A stretch of DNA of 50,413 nucleotides from Phyllobacteriaceae bacterium (GTDB lineage: Bacteria; Pseudomonadota; Alphaproteobacteria; Rhizobiales; Rhizobiaceae): positions 1 through 50,413 of the forward strand of contig JANNRN010000044.1 in assembly GCA_031401375.1 (NCBI GenBank), given 5' to 3'. Below, one piece after another: positions 20,715-30,932 of the stretch (positions are counted from its first letter, which is position 1; each line of letters opens with the position of its first letter). The notes below the pieces were generated by a model. The model did not search any database, was not told where the DNA came from, and was given only the letters and a program-made list of their open reading frames with translations. The translations under genes and the position numbers were made by a program.

Positions 20715-22112
20715 ATGTCAAACCACGCCGAGACCAAAAATCTGACGCAGCAGGATGCCACAATGCCCGCACCCGCCCCGAAGAACTTTGACTCATTCGT
20801 GAAGCTCTTTGTCAATCTGCTGAAGCGAAGGAGACGGCTCTTTTGGACCGTGTTCGCGCTGGCCATGATCGGCGTCATTGCGGGCGCCTACGTCAAGCGT
20901 CCCTACTACGAGTCCTCGGCAAGCATTCTTGTCACCCTCGACACACCCAGTGTTTCTTCGTCGGGATCGGAGGTGCGCCGGGTTGTGGCGTCGCTTGAAG
21001 CTGATGAGGTCATTGCCTCTCAGGTCGAGTTGATCAAGACCCGCCAGCTGGCCGAGGAACTCGTCGACGTCCTGCCGGAAAGCGTCTTCACCAAGAAACC
21101 CTCCGACAAATGGTACATTCGTCTCGTTAGCGGGACAGTCGCAACGCTGACCAATGCGGCAAGGGGCGCCCTCGAGAGGCTCTTGCTCGTCGAGAAGACT
21201 TCGGAGAGGTACAAGCGTGTCAGGTTCGTCGAAAAAGGACTGAACGTTTTCGCAATCCGCCGGGCACAAATGCTGATCGTCTCATTCCAGTCGAAGGATC
21301 CCGAGGATCCGCAGGTCGTGCTCAACGGGCTGATTGATCTTTACACGCGCAAGGTTACAGAGCTGCGGAACAAGGCCGAAGGCTATCAGTTGTACACAAG
21401 GCAGGCGACGCGGCTGAGCGAAGAACTGAGCGCCGCCGAGAAATCGCTTTCGGCATTCATGATCGAGCACAAGGTTCTCGATTTCGACACCGAGCGCCAG
21501 CGACTTTTGGCGCGCGTGAATTCGCTGTCAGCGGTCGTTGACGCTCTCGCAAATGCCGGGGCCGACATCAATCCCGCGGACGCACGTTACTTCGTCACCG
21601 GACCGGATGCGCCGCCGCAAATCGTCCAGATGATGGCCAGCCTCAACAACTTGATTGTGGAGCGCGCGCGGCTGAAGGTGTCCTTCGCCAGCACTCACCC
21701 GGATGTGCAGCGGCTGCAGACGCAGATCGATACGATCCGGGCAGAGCTTCAAAGGGAAATGGAGCGGCTCGCCACCGTGAAAAAGCTGGATCGGGAGCGG
21801 CTGCAAGCCATGCTCGACATCGCTCCTGAATATAACAGGCTGTTCAGATCGGTGAGAATTCTGACCGATGCTTACGAAGTCTACAGGAAGGCCGCTTCGG
21901 ACCAGGAAACCACTGCAGAGCGTGACCAGAAAGTACTCACACAGGTCGTCGACCCTCCAAACAAGACCTATGCGCCGCTGCCGCCAAACCGGCTGATGCT
22001 GATTCTTGCCGGTTTGGTTTTCTCCCTGGTTTTAGCGCTCGCCATTGTGACCCTGACCGAATGGATTTCATCCGTTTATCCGGCGGGCAAACAAGCAGAA
22101 GCGGCGGCCTAG
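20715..22112 (+). CDS. polysaccharide co-polymerase / chain-length determinant (Wzz/GumC-like), no kinase domain
   Basis: N-terminal TM (LFWTVFALAMIGVIAGA), a long coiled-coil periplasmic region and C-terminal ..VVDPPNKTYAPLPPNRLMLILAGLVFSLVLALAIV. No Walker motifs. Confidence 0.8.
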   Translation: MSNHAETKNLTQQDATMPAPAPKNFDSFVKLFVNLLKRRRRLFWTVFALAMIGVIAGAYVKRPYYESSASILVTLDTPSVSSSGSEVRRVVASLEADEVIASQVELIKTRQLAEELVDVLPESVFTKKPSDKWYIRLVSGTVATLTNAARGALERLLLVEKTSERYKRVRFVEKGLNVFAIRRAQMLIVSFQSKDPEDPQVVLNGLIDLYTRKVTELRNKAEGYQLYTRQATRLSEELSAAEKSLSAFMIEHKVLDFDTERQRLLARVNSLSAVVDALANAGADINPADARYFVTGPDAPPQIVQMMASLNNLIVERARLKVSFASTHPDVQRLQTQIDTIRAELQREMERLATVKKLDRERLQAMLDIAPEYNRLFRSVRILTDAYEVYRKAASDQETTAERDQKVLTQVVDPPNKTYAPLPPNRLMLILAGLVFSLVLALAIVTLTEWISSVYPAGKQAEAAA

Positions 22113-22155
22113 CCATGCCTGAGGCGCGCAGACAAAGCGGCGCGGACAAGGCGGT

Positions 22156-23745
22156 TTGGCCGTCGCGCGGACTGCGGTCACTGGCGTGCCGGTTGCCTGC
22201 CTTTCATCGTCCAGAACAGGTGCTTTCATGTTTCCGGGACTAGGCGGCGACTCGACGCCAGGCATTCTTGTCAACCGCGCGTTCATCGGCACGGGTGTGG
22301 CCCTGGCTGTCGTGTTCCTTGCCGGCCTGGCCTTTGCAGCGACGAACCCCGCCATCGTCGGCGCCATGCTGGCCATCACGATTTTCGGCGTTGCATTTGC
22401 CTATCTGGTGCTCTCGCGGCCCACTGGTGCGCTTGCCGTCTTGTTTTTGGCACAGATATTACTGCCCGTTTACATCCGGATCCCGCTGGTGCCGGGCATT
22501 CCCGCCCTACCACCGGCACTGGTGCTGCTCGTTGCGTTGATCGTCTTGGTGATCGTCGCCGAGATGCTCCACGGTTTGCCAAGATCCCCTTCGGGCAACA
22601 GAAACGTTCTTACGGCATTGATCCTGATTTATGCCGGCGTGCTGTTGCTGTCGATTTTGATTAACCGTTCGTATTCGTCGGCGGCGGTGTTCATGACCAT
22701 CACCATTGCCATTCCTGTTGCTGTCTATTTCGTCACGCTAAGACTGCTGCCCAACATCAAAGAGGTGGAGAAAATATACTTTGCCGTTCATATCGCAGGA
22801 ATTTTGGCCGGACTGCTCGCACTTCATGAATTCTTCTCAGATTACAACATTGTGGCGCGTCATCTCGGCCCGGCGGTAACCCAGGACGCTGACTTCGTTG
22901 TCTGGTATCTGACCACTGGCCGGTCCGAATCGGGCGATGATTCACTCTACCGCGTCTTCAGTTTTTTCACGAACCCGCTGGAATATGGCGTGTTTGCCAT
23001 CATGGTTTATCCTTACGCCCTGCTCCGGTTCGTGGAACCGCAGCCGCTTGGCCGCAAGTTTGTCAACGGCATCGCGCTTCTCACCATTGTGGCCGGTCTT
23101 CTGATCAGCTTTTCACGCGGACCAGCGCTTGCATTTGTCTGCGTGACAATCGCGCTCGCGATCCCGGTCAAGCCGGTGCGGCTTTGGCTCGCTGCCGGTA
23201 CAAGTGCAATCGCTGGCGGACTGGTTCTTGCCTGGCCCTGGATTGGTGCTCAGCTTTCCGAACGGGTGCAGGGAGTGCAAAATGTGACGCTGCGCTTCAA
23301 GCTCTGGGAGAATGCCGTCAAGATATTCAGCGATAATCCGGTGTTCGGAATCGGCTATGGAAATTACTCACAGCTGCATGCAGAAACGCTCAGGACCAAC
23401 AAGATCGGCCCATTCGATGACTTCTCCTGGGACCGGATTGAAAAAATCCGCACTATCGAAAGCATCTATCTTTCGCTGGCCGCCGAAACCGGACTGCTCG
23501 GCCTTGCTGCATTTTTCGCGCTGATCATCGGACATTTCGTGCTGGGTTATCGCCTGCTCAAAGTCCTTCCCCTTGGATCCGCCCGCACGATCGTGCTTTC
23601 GAGTCTGGCCTCCAGCCTCGGGTTCCTTGTCAGCGGCCTCACTGTCGCGAACAACATGTTGTATACTCCCTCGATCCTGTTTTTCGGACTCCTGATGTCA
23701 TCGGTCGCAATCGTCGCGCGCGATCAGTCGCAATCGAGCCGGTAA
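22156..23745 (+). CDS. O-antigen ligase/polymerase-like membrane protein (Wzy-type)
   Basis: At least 10 predicted TM helices and a Wzy_C-like ..LLISFSRGPALAF.. segment with a large loop. The start is uncertain (ATG 22228 likely). Confidence 0.75.
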   Translation: MAVARTAVTGVPVACLSSSRTGAFMFPGLGGDSTPGILVNRAFIGTGVALAVVFLAGLAFAATNPAIVGAMLAITIFGVAFAYLVLSRPTGALAVLFLAQILLPVYIRIPLVPGIPALPPALVLLVALIVLVIVAEMLHGLPRSPSGNRNVLTALILIYAGVLLLSILINRSYSSAAVFMTITIAIPVAVYFVTLRLLPNIKEVEKIYFAVHIAGILAGLLALHEFFSDYNIVARHLGPAVTQDADFVVWYLTTGRSESGDDSLYRVFSFFTNPLEYGVFAIMVYPYALLRFVEPQPLGRKFVNGIALLTIVAGLLISFSRGPALAFVCVTIALAIPVKPVRLWLAAGTSAIAGGLVLAWPWIGAQLSERVQGVQNVTLRFKLWENAVKIFSDNPVFGIGYGNYSQLHAETLRTNKIGPFDDFSWDRIEKIRTIESIYLSLAAETGLLGLAAFFALIIGHFVLGYRLLKVLPLGSARTIVLSSLASSLGFLVSGLTVANNMLYTPSILFFGLLMSSVAIVARDQSQSSR

Positions 23746-24067
23746 TGCTTTTCAATTCCTGCTCATTCATGTTTTTGTTTGCCAGTGTGCCTTGTTCTTT
23801 ACTGACTCGCATCGCGCATTTCCCGCGCAGCCGGCATCGCGCCGCTCGCTCTTGCGTCGCTGTTTTTCCACGGATGTCGGGAAGTTCGTTTTCTGTCTCT
23901 TCTGTTGAGGTCAACTGGCAATTTCCGCCAGTTCGATCTTTGACAAAAAAGTTCTTGAACTTGCGCACGCGATTGCATTCCATTGGTCAACGCAGTTTGG
24001 AAAACGGTGAAATGATCAATCCCCAAAGCATCCGAGGCACCGATCGCCGCTTTCAGTCCGGGGCAGC

Positions 24068-24991
24068 ATGACCTCATTGCATTTTTCAAGATTCCGCATT
24101 GGCCTGAAATCGTTTCTGAAAGTGCTGCTTTGCCCTGCCGGACTGATCTTCAGACCGCAAACCAATGGGCCGCTTGTCCTCATGTATCACCGGGTAAACT
24201 CGATCCCCTTTGCGAAACTGGGTCCGGTTTCACGGGAGCTCACGGTGCCCATTGCCGCGTTTGAGGACCAGATGCTCTATCTGAAGTCACACGGCTACAA
24301 GAGCGTTTCACTGGCGGCACTGGCCTTGATGCTGGAGGGCAAAGCCCCGCTTGACCGGAAATCCGTGCTGATCACTTTTGACGACGGGTATGAGGACAAT
24401 CTTCTCGATGCAGCGCCGCTCTTGCGCAAACAAGAGTTTGGCGCGACGGTGTTTGCCATGTCAGATCATTTGGGCAAAGGCACTGCGGACCTTTGGCCCT
24501 TGGGCGATCCTGACGGCAATGGCAAGCTGATGAGCGGGAAGCAAATTGCCGAATGGACCAGGGCCGGTTTTGAACTCGGCTCGCACACCAGGTCCCATCC
24601 GGTTCTGGTGCAGCTTGATGATGCGGCGCTCTGGGAGGAACTCAACGGATCAAGAGAGTCGCTGGAAGCCATTTCCGGTTTGCCCGTTTCGGCGCTGGCC
24701 TACCCCGGCGGCGAGTTTGATTTAAGGGTTGAGAAAATGGCGCTGAAGGCGGGCTACCGCTTGTGCTTTACCACCAAATCGGGGCGGTCTGGCGTGGGCA
24801 GCAGCTTGACCTCAATCAGGCGTGTTGAAGTGTCGGCTAGTGACAATTCTCTGGTGTTCCGGATCAAGATGGCCGGATTGCTGGATTGGACGGGATTTCG
24901 CGACTCAGGTCCCTACCGCAGTTTTCTGCGGGCACTGCACCGGTTCGTCATTGCCGCGTCAAAATTGTTTAAGCGCCGGGGCGCTCACTGA
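24068..24991 (+). CDS. polysaccharide deacetylase (NodB homology domain)
   Basis: LMYHRV.. and ITFDDGYEDN..ATVF..GSHTRSHP. Confidence 0.85.
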   Translation: MTSLHFSRFRIGLKSFLKVLLCPAGLIFRPQTNGPLVLMYHRVNSIPFAKLGPVSRELTVPIAAFEDQMLYLKSHGYKSVSLAALALMLEGKAPLDRKSVLITFDDGYEDNLLDAAPLLRKQEFGATVFAMSDHLGKGTADLWPLGDPDGNGKLMSGKQIAEWTRAGFELGSHTRSHPVLVQLDDAALWEELNGSRESLEAISGLPVSALAYPGGEFDLRVEKMALKAGYRLCFTTKSGRSGVGSSLTSIRRVEVSASDNSLVFRIKMAGLLDWTGFRDSGPYRSFLRALHRFVIAASKLFKRRGAH

Positions 24992-26160
24992 TGCATTCCG
25001 CGCAATCGCTTTCACGCAAAAAAATCGCCATGCTTGTGACAAGAATGGACATTGGCGGCGTGCCTGATCACATCATGACGCTGATTGCCGGCCTGTCGGA
25101 GGAATTCAGCTTCACCGTTATCTGCGATCACATCCATCCTTCGCATGCAAAGCTTCTGTCGGAGCTTGGGGTTCGCATGGAGGAATTGCCGATGCGCAGA
25201 ACGATCAGTCTCACGCGTGACTTTCGGTCCTTCAGTCAATTGCTGACGCTCTTGAAGCGAGAGAAGTTTGACATCATCCACACGCATATGTCCAAGGCGG
25301 CTTTGCTCGGCGCCATAGCCGCCCGGCTGACGCGAACACCTGTTTCAATCAACACGGCGCATAATCTGGGCTTCATTGCGCTGCCCAACCCGATCGCCAA
25401 GGCTCTTTTCTGGGTCTATGACCGCCTTCTGTTTGCCCTGGGCACGGACGCGGTGATTGTCGTGTCAGACTTCGTCAAACAAAAGACCCTTGCGGCGCAT
25501 TTGGTGTCGCCCCAAAAACTTCATGCAATTCACAACGGCATTCGCACCGGCGCCATACAACACCGAAACCTTGCTGATCCCGGCACCGGGAAAACAGGCA
25601 TGACGATCCTTTGCGTTGCAAGACTGGTCTGGTTCAAGGGTTTGCACACGTTGATCGCCGCAATGCCGGCCATTGTCCATGCGCATCCGGACTGCCGGTT
25701 GTTGATCGCTGGCGATGGCGAACTCGAACAGGATTTGCGCGAGCAGGCTGAACGTTTGGGCGTCAAGGCTCAGGTGCAGTTCCTTGGTCTGAGAGACGAT
25801 GTTCCCCAGCTCCTTGCGCAGGCGGCGATATTCGTCTTGCCTTCGGTATCGGAAGGCCTTCCCATTTCGATTCTCGAAGCCATGGAAACCGGCTTGCCCG
25901 TTGTCGCAACGAGCGTAGGCGGAATTCCCGAACTGGTGAAAAACGACGTGACGGGATTGCTGGTGCCGCCGCAGAATCCAGACAAGCTCGCAAGTGCCAT
26001 TTGCCGATTGCTTGCCGATGGAGCGCTGCGCGAAAGAATGGGCATTGCCGCGAAATTGCGGGCGATTCGCGAATTTTCGGCGTCTGCAATGCAGCGCCGC
26101 ACCGCAGCGCTTTATCGCGAGATGCTTGAAGCTGGCGAGGCGGGCAAGGGAAATGGCTGA
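24991..26160 (+). CDS. glycosyltransferase family 4 (GT-B)
   Basis: ..VLPSVSEGLPISILEAMETGLPVVATSVGGIPELV (E-x7-E). The start overlaps the previous stop. Confidence 0.88.
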   Translation: MHSAQSLSRKKIAMLVTRMDIGGVPDHIMTLIAGLSEEFSFTVICDHIHPSHAKLLSELGVRMEELPMRRTISLTRDFRSFSQLLTLLKREKFDIIHTHMSKAALLGAIAARLTRTPVSINTAHNLGFIALPNPIAKALFWVYDRLLFALGTDAVIVVSDFVKQKTLAAHLVSPQKLHAIHNGIRTGAIQHRNLADPGTGKTGMTILCVARLVWFKGLHTLIAAMPAIVHAHPDCRLLIAGDGELEQDLREQAERLGVKAQVQFLGLRDDVPQLLAQAAIFVLPSVSEGLPISILEAMETGLPVVATSVGGIPELVKNDVTGLLVPPQNPDKLASAICRLLADGALRERMGIAAKLRAIREFSASAMQRRTAALYREMLEAGEAGKGNG

Positions 26161-27238
26161 AAGAGTATTTGTCCCGGGGCAAGACGATGAAGCCGTTCTG
26201 GATTTGCGCGCACGCGTGTGGGGCAAGGATCACCCGCATACGAGCGCGGCGTACTATGAATGGCTGTTCCGCAAAACACCTTCCGGGACCGGGTCCGGCA
26301 TCGTGGCCATTCATGAAGACAAGATCGTCGGATTTGCCGGACTATGCAATCGAAGCGCCGCCATGGGCAGTCAGGATTTGCGGTTTTGCCACGGTTTGGA
26401 CTTCATGGTCGATCCCGCTGTTTCGGGCACGCTCTCGAGCCGAATCGCTGTCAAGGTTATGAACAAGCATGTCGATCTGGCGAGGGACCTAGGATTTGAT
26501 CTCAGCATCAACTACCCCAATCAGCGTTCGCGCCGTATGCTCGTCTCCAAAAGGGGCGCCTTCAGCGAGGTCCTGCGGCCCGATCTGATGATTTGTCCGC
26601 TGACCAGTTTCGCCGCATCCAGCGAAAGCCAGTCGAGTTCTTTGAAACGGGCGGTGATGACGCTTGGCGGTCGCTCCCTCGCCGCCGCCGGGGCAGTTCG
26701 GCGCGCCCTGCGGCGTTCCAGCGGAGCCCGAATTGAGCGCATCGAGCAATTTGACGCGGCGTTTGATGGGTTTTGGGCGGAGTTGCGCCGGGATGGCAAA
26801 CTGCGTCTTTGCCGCGACCGCGAGAACTTGCACTGGCGTTTTTCCTGCCATCCGCTTCACCGCTACACGATCTGGACCGCCGTGCAAAACGGCAGGTTTG
26901 CCGGATATCTTGTCACGGCCGGGCGTGAGATTTTGGGGATGCAGGCCGCCATCATTGCTGATCTGTGTTTCTTGCCCGGGGCGGAGGATGCCGCGTCAGA
27001 TCTTCTGGCGGAAGCAGTCCGCGCGGCCGCAGCACAAGGATCGATGCTGCTCGCGGCGCAGGCCGTGACAAATTCGCCATTTCGTTTGGCGCTTCTCCGG
27101 GCAGGGTTTGTTGCAGTGCCCGACGCGCTCAATCCAAAACCCTTCATGATGGTCACGCACATTCACACCGAGCTTGCCAAGCCGGCATTGCAGGGCGGAA
27201 ACTGGTCATTCGCATGGAGCGATATGGATGTTGTCTAA
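26153..27238 (+). CDS. GNAT-fold acyl/acetyltransferase (two-domain, about 361 aa)
   Basis: MAERVFVPGQDDEAVLDLRARVWG..IVGFAGL..; ATG 26153 overlaps the GT4 stop. Subfamily not resolved. Confidence 0.65.
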   Translation: MAERVFVPGQDDEAVLDLRARVWGKDHPHTSAAYYEWLFRKTPSGTGSGIVAIHEDKIVGFAGLCNRSAAMGSQDLRFCHGLDFMVDPAVSGTLSSRIAVKVMNKHVDLARDLGFDLSINYPNQRSRRMLVSKRGAFSEVLRPDLMICPLTSFAASSESQSSSLKRAVMTLGGRSLAAAGAVRRALRRSSGARIERIEQFDAAFDGFWAELRRDGKLRLCRDRENLHWRFSCHPLHRYTIWTAVQNGRFAGYLVTAGREILGMQAAIIADLCFLPGAEDAASDLLAEAVRAAAAQGSMLLAAQAVTNSPFRLALLRAGFVAVPDALNPKPFMMVTHIHTELAKPALQGGNWSFAWSDMDVV

Positions 27239-27974
27239 AACCACAGCGGCATCTGCAAAGCCTGAAAACGCTGACCTTCTGTGCAACCTTCAATATATGG
27301 AAAGGTACAAGGCTCATCTGTCTGGAAATCTTCCGCCAAATCTCAGCGAACTCACCCGGTTCTTTTCGGCGCCGTCAAGATTGCGCACGCTGGCGGAAAT
27401 CCTTTCCTCGCGAATGAAGGGTTCAGGAAAGTCCGTCTTGAATGCCGGTTGCGGGCCGTTTGCGACAGAGCTGTTTGTGCCTGCCTTGCAAGACCAGCAT
27501 ATCGAGTCATTTGACTACACCAGCGGATTTTCGCCTTTCTACGATCTTTTTCGCAAGGACGGCATGATTGCGAATACGAACTTCAGAATAGCTAACGCCC
27601 TTACCGTCGCTTATCCGGCCAATTCGTTTGATCTCATTATCATTCACGACGTGTTTTATGAGACCGGCCTTCCCGTTGAGGTGCTTCTGGACCGCTTCCG
27701 GCCCATGCTGAAGCCTGGCGGGTTGCTGTTTTTTGACTTCGTCAATGCCCGGACCGAGCGCTTGTGGAGATTGCTTGGAAGCAAGCAGAAATTTCAACGC
27801 TATGATCCGGACGCGGTCAGGAAATTGATTGCCGGTCTGGGCTATGCCATTCTCGAATGGAGACCCACCTACGGAAACAGTGGAAAAGCCAAGATGGTGA
27901 TTCACAAGTTAAGCGAGGCGTTGTTGCGGCAAAGCAATTCATATGCGGTCCTCATTCAAAAGCACGGCGCCTGA
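27228..27974 (+). CDS. class I SAM-dependent methyltransferase
   Basis: Motif I VLNAGCGPF, ..FDLIIIHDVFYE and ..LKPGGLLFFDF. The start overlaps the previous gene. Confidence 0.75.
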   Translation: MLSKTTAASAKPENADLLCNLQYMERYKAHLSGNLPPNLSELTRFFSAPSRLRTLAEILSSRMKGSGKSVLNAGCGPFATELFVPALQDQHIESFDYTSGFSPFYDLFRKDGMIANTNFRIANALTVAYPANSFDLIIIHDVFYETGLPVEVLLDRFRPMLKPGGLLFFDFVNARTERLWRLLGSKQKFQRYDPDAVRKLIAGLGYAILEWRPTYGNSGKAKMVIHKLSEALLRQSNSYAVLIQKHGA

Positions 27975-28987
27975 TGATGGGCGGAAAAGAGCGCGTCTCG
28001 GTGATCATTCCAAATTGGAACGGCTTGAAATGGCTTCCCGTCTGTCTCGACTCGCTGCGAAACCAGACATACGCGGATTTTGTCACGTACGTCGTGGACA
28101 ATGGCTCGGTTGACGGTTCGGCTGAATTCATCACCACGCAGTATCCGGAAGTGCGTTTGATCAGGAACGCAAAAAATCTCGGCTTCGCCGGCGGGATGAA
28201 TGTGGGTATCTTGGCGTCAAAAGGTGAATATGTTGTCTCGCTGAACAATGACACAGAAGCCGATCATTTGTGGCTGGCCGAGCTTGTCGAGCACATGGAC
28301 CAGCGCCCCGGCATCGGCTTTGCAGCTTGCGCGCTCCTCGATTTCAACGACCGCGGCAGGATCGACGCGCTCGCGGACGGATATTCGATTGATGGAAGGT
28401 CCTACAAGGTCGGCAGCGGACAGATATTTCGCGACAAAGACACGCCGCCCTTCGAGATATTGAGCGCCTGCGCCGCCGGTTGCCTTTACCGCCGCTCCAT
28501 GCTCAACAAAATCGGCCTCTATGATGAGGATTTCTTTGCCTATATGGAAGATGTGGATCTCGGGTTGCGCGCGCAGCTGGCGGGTTACCGCTGCGTGTGC
28601 GTTCCGTCGGCCATTGTGTATCACATGGGAAGCGCAAGCTCGGGAGGCCCGGCGTCCGCCTTTTCAATACGGCAGACCAGCCGTAATCTCTACCGCGTCA
28701 TCTTCATCAACGTGCCCGCCCTCCTGATACCGGTATTCGTGGCGTCGGCGCTTGTTTCGCAGTCGGGACTTGTGCTGCTGTCGCTCGTTGTGCCTCGCTA
28801 CCGCTGGTTCAGAGTAAACCTGCCGGCCTACTTTCAAGGCATCGCTCAGGCATTGCGGGACGTTCCGCAATCTCTGGCCAAGCGCCGCAAGATTGCGAAG
28901 CTGAGAAAAATGGGCGCCGTCGAGTTCGCCCGCATGATTGCTTCCAGCTACCGTCTTGCTAGCCGGCATTCCAAGCGCCGCGGTTGA
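27974..28987 (+). CDS. glycosyltransferase family 2
   Basis: VSVIIPNWNGLKWLPVCLDSLRNQTYADFVTYVVDNGSVDGS, ..LNNDTE and ..EDVDLGLR. ATG 27974 overlaps the previous stop. Confidence 0.88.
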   Translation: MMGGKERVSVIIPNWNGLKWLPVCLDSLRNQTYADFVTYVVDNGSVDGSAEFITTQYPEVRLIRNAKNLGFAGGMNVGILASKGEYVVSLNNDTEADHLWLAELVEHMDQRPGIGFAACALLDFNDRGRIDALADGYSIDGRSYKVGSGQIFRDKDTPPFEILSACAAGCLYRRSMLNKIGLYDEDFFAYMEDVDLGLRAQLAGYRCVCVPSAIVYHMGSASSGGPASAFSIRQTSRNLYRVIFINVPALLIPVFVASALVSQSGLVLLSLVVPRYRWFRVNLPAYFQGIAQALRDVPQSLAKRRKIAKLRKMGAVEFARMIASSYRLASRHSKRRG

Positions 28988-29010
28988 GAAAGAGGATTTG
29001 CATTGGCGCC

Positions 29011-30462
29011 CTATTTGCCCAAAAATCTGCTTGGCATCCAGTTCTTGGCGATCCCGGTACTCCAAATCACGGCCAGATAAGCAACCAGTGCCACCCCAAG
29101 CGCAAGAAACGGGTTGATGCCCGTTATCAACGCCATTGAAAACGCGATGAGCGCTGCCGCGACCAGACATGGCAAGACTGCCGCAAACACGGCGTTCACA
29201 TTGACATATTTTGCGCAGATCAGCGCTGTGGTTGAGATGGCGCCGATGATTGAACAAACGACTGATGCGGAGACCGTGCCGTAAATCCCGAAGTTTCTTT
29301 GAAGAATGACGTTGATGAGGAACTGCAGCGCAGCCAGCAAGCACCACGCGACCAGCGCGGTTCTTTGCCTTGGCGCCCCCAGAAGGAGGAACGTGTTGAA
29401 GACGAAAACACAAGCAAACGGATAGCCGAGGAACTGGAAACTTGCGAGCGAACCGCTGATGCCGAACTCTGGGGAGTTGAGCGCCAACGGCAAAAGAAAG
29501 GCAAAAGTCCAAACAAGGGCAGCGACCGGAATTGAAGCGCACAAGAGAAATTGCAGACCGGCCGCATAGACTCTCGTAAGGGAATCGCCTTGGCCCTCGT
29601 GAGCCACTGCGAAGCGCGGCAGCATCACCGATCCAAGCGCCATGGGCACGAGCAGCGCCACTTCGACAAGCTTGGCAACAACGCCGTATACGCCAAGATC
29701 GGCGGCACTGCCGTACCAGGATAAGACGAAGAACTCGATTCGTGTCGACAAAAGCATGATGACAGCGCCCAACATGAACGGCAGCGCGCCCGGCACACAC
29801 GCAGCGAATGTACGCTTGCTTGCGAGCCTGACCTTGGAAGTGCGGATTTTGCTCAATCCGAAAAGCAACACGCTCAAATATGCCGCGTTCGCGGCGACAA
29901 ATACCAGTGCTATGCTCGACGTTTTTGCCGAGAGCCAAAGCACAAGGACACCTAGTCCGGCCTGGGAAACGCTGAGAGCAATATGGGCGAGCGAGATCAG
30001 CCTGAATTTATGGTGGGCCTGAAGCACGTTTTCAACCAGCATTGATGGTGCTGTCAGGAAAAGGCCAAACGCAAAATAGAGCACGATGGATTTCCCAGGC
30101 TGCTCAACCTGGCCCCAATCCAGCCCGATCCAGACTAACCCGAAAGCGGCCAAGGCGGCGGCAAGCTTGTAGGGCATGAAGAGCCGCAGAATCCAGAAGG
30201 TCTCTGCGTGGTTCTTGGCGACCTCTCTCGACGCAAAACGTGACAGACCCAGATCAATCACGATGTCGATCATGACAATCAGGACGAGAGCGAAATTAAG
30301 ATACCCAAATTCGTCAACCGGCAGTGAACGGGCGAGGACGAAGTAAAAGGCAAAGCTCAGTCCCCTCGCACCGAGTTGCGCAAAAAAATAGACGGCCGAG
30401 TCGCGCAATGCGACGCCGAAGTCACTTCTTTCGTCGCTGCTGGTAACCGGCGAAACATCCAT
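29011..30462 (-). CDS. oligosaccharide flippase (Wzx, MOP superfamily)
   Basis: 483 aa with about 12-14 TM helices and a typical polysaccharide-biosynthesis-protein N-terminus ..ALRDSAVYFFAQLGARGLSFAFYFVLAR. Confidence 0.85.
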   Translation of the reverse strand: MDVSPVTSSDERSDFGVALRDSAVYFFAQLGARGLSFAFYFVLARSLPVDEFGYLNFALVLIVMIDIVIDLGLSRFASREVAKNHAETFWILRLFMPYKLAAALAAFGLVWIGLDWGQVEQPGKSIVLYFAFGLFLTAPSMLVENVLQAHHKFRLISLAHIALSVSQAGLGVLVLWLSAKTSSIALVFVAANAAYLSVLLFGLSKIRTSKVRLASKRTFAACVPGALPFMLGAVIMLLSTRIEFFVLSWYGSAADLGVYGVVAKLVEVALLVPMALGSVMLPRFAVAHEGQGDSLTRVYAAGLQFLLCASIPVAALVWTFAFLLPLALNSPEFGISGSLASFQFLGYPFACVFVFNTFLLLGAPRQRTALVAWCLLAALQFLINVILQRNFGIYGTVSASVVCSIIGAISTTALICAKYVNVNAVFAAVLPCLVAAALIAFSMALITGINPFLALGVALVAYLAVIWSTGIAKNWMPSRFLGK

Positions 30463-30932
30463 GGTTTAGAAGGTATTCGCACGGCGTGGGCTGTGATTTC
30501 GCGGACCCGACCGGCTCAATCGCACCAGACCCTCCTCGCAAACTCGCCTCGCAATTGCAGGAAGTCCGGAAAATGCCATGCGACAATCCAATCTCAACGC
30601 GAACTTTGCGGCGCTTTTGACGAAGGAGAAATTGCGTCTGCAGCGTCATCAATTATGTCCACCTGCTAACACTCAAGTTCGAATGTCCGCAATGGGCTTG
30701 TGCTGATTGAGCGGCGCCATCGAACCGCAATGAGAACAACACTTTGGGTTTGAAGATATCGTGCAATTGAAGGTGGGTTGCAAACCGCACCATAAAGTTA
30801 ATACTCCGCGCTAGAGCATTTCCGCTTTTGATGGACTCATCAAAGCAAGGAACGAGGCGCTCCATAAGGCCCGATGCCAGATCAGGACCGGGTTGGGTTA
30901 CCAAGAGCAAACGCGTCTATTTTCAGGTTGTC

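Noticed and set aside
28664-29938. 424-aa minus-strand ORF overlapping wzx
   Set aside because: It is an alternative frame of the clearly membrane-protein-coding Wzx gene; it is Arg/Cys-rich with no similarity to anything.
30463-30932. 470-bp divergent region between wzx and rfbB, including an 85-aa minus-strand ORF (30653..30910)
   Set aside because: The ORF has no recognisable motifs or SD. I looked for an ops/JUMPstart-like GGCGGTAG element and saw none. It is probably just promoter space.
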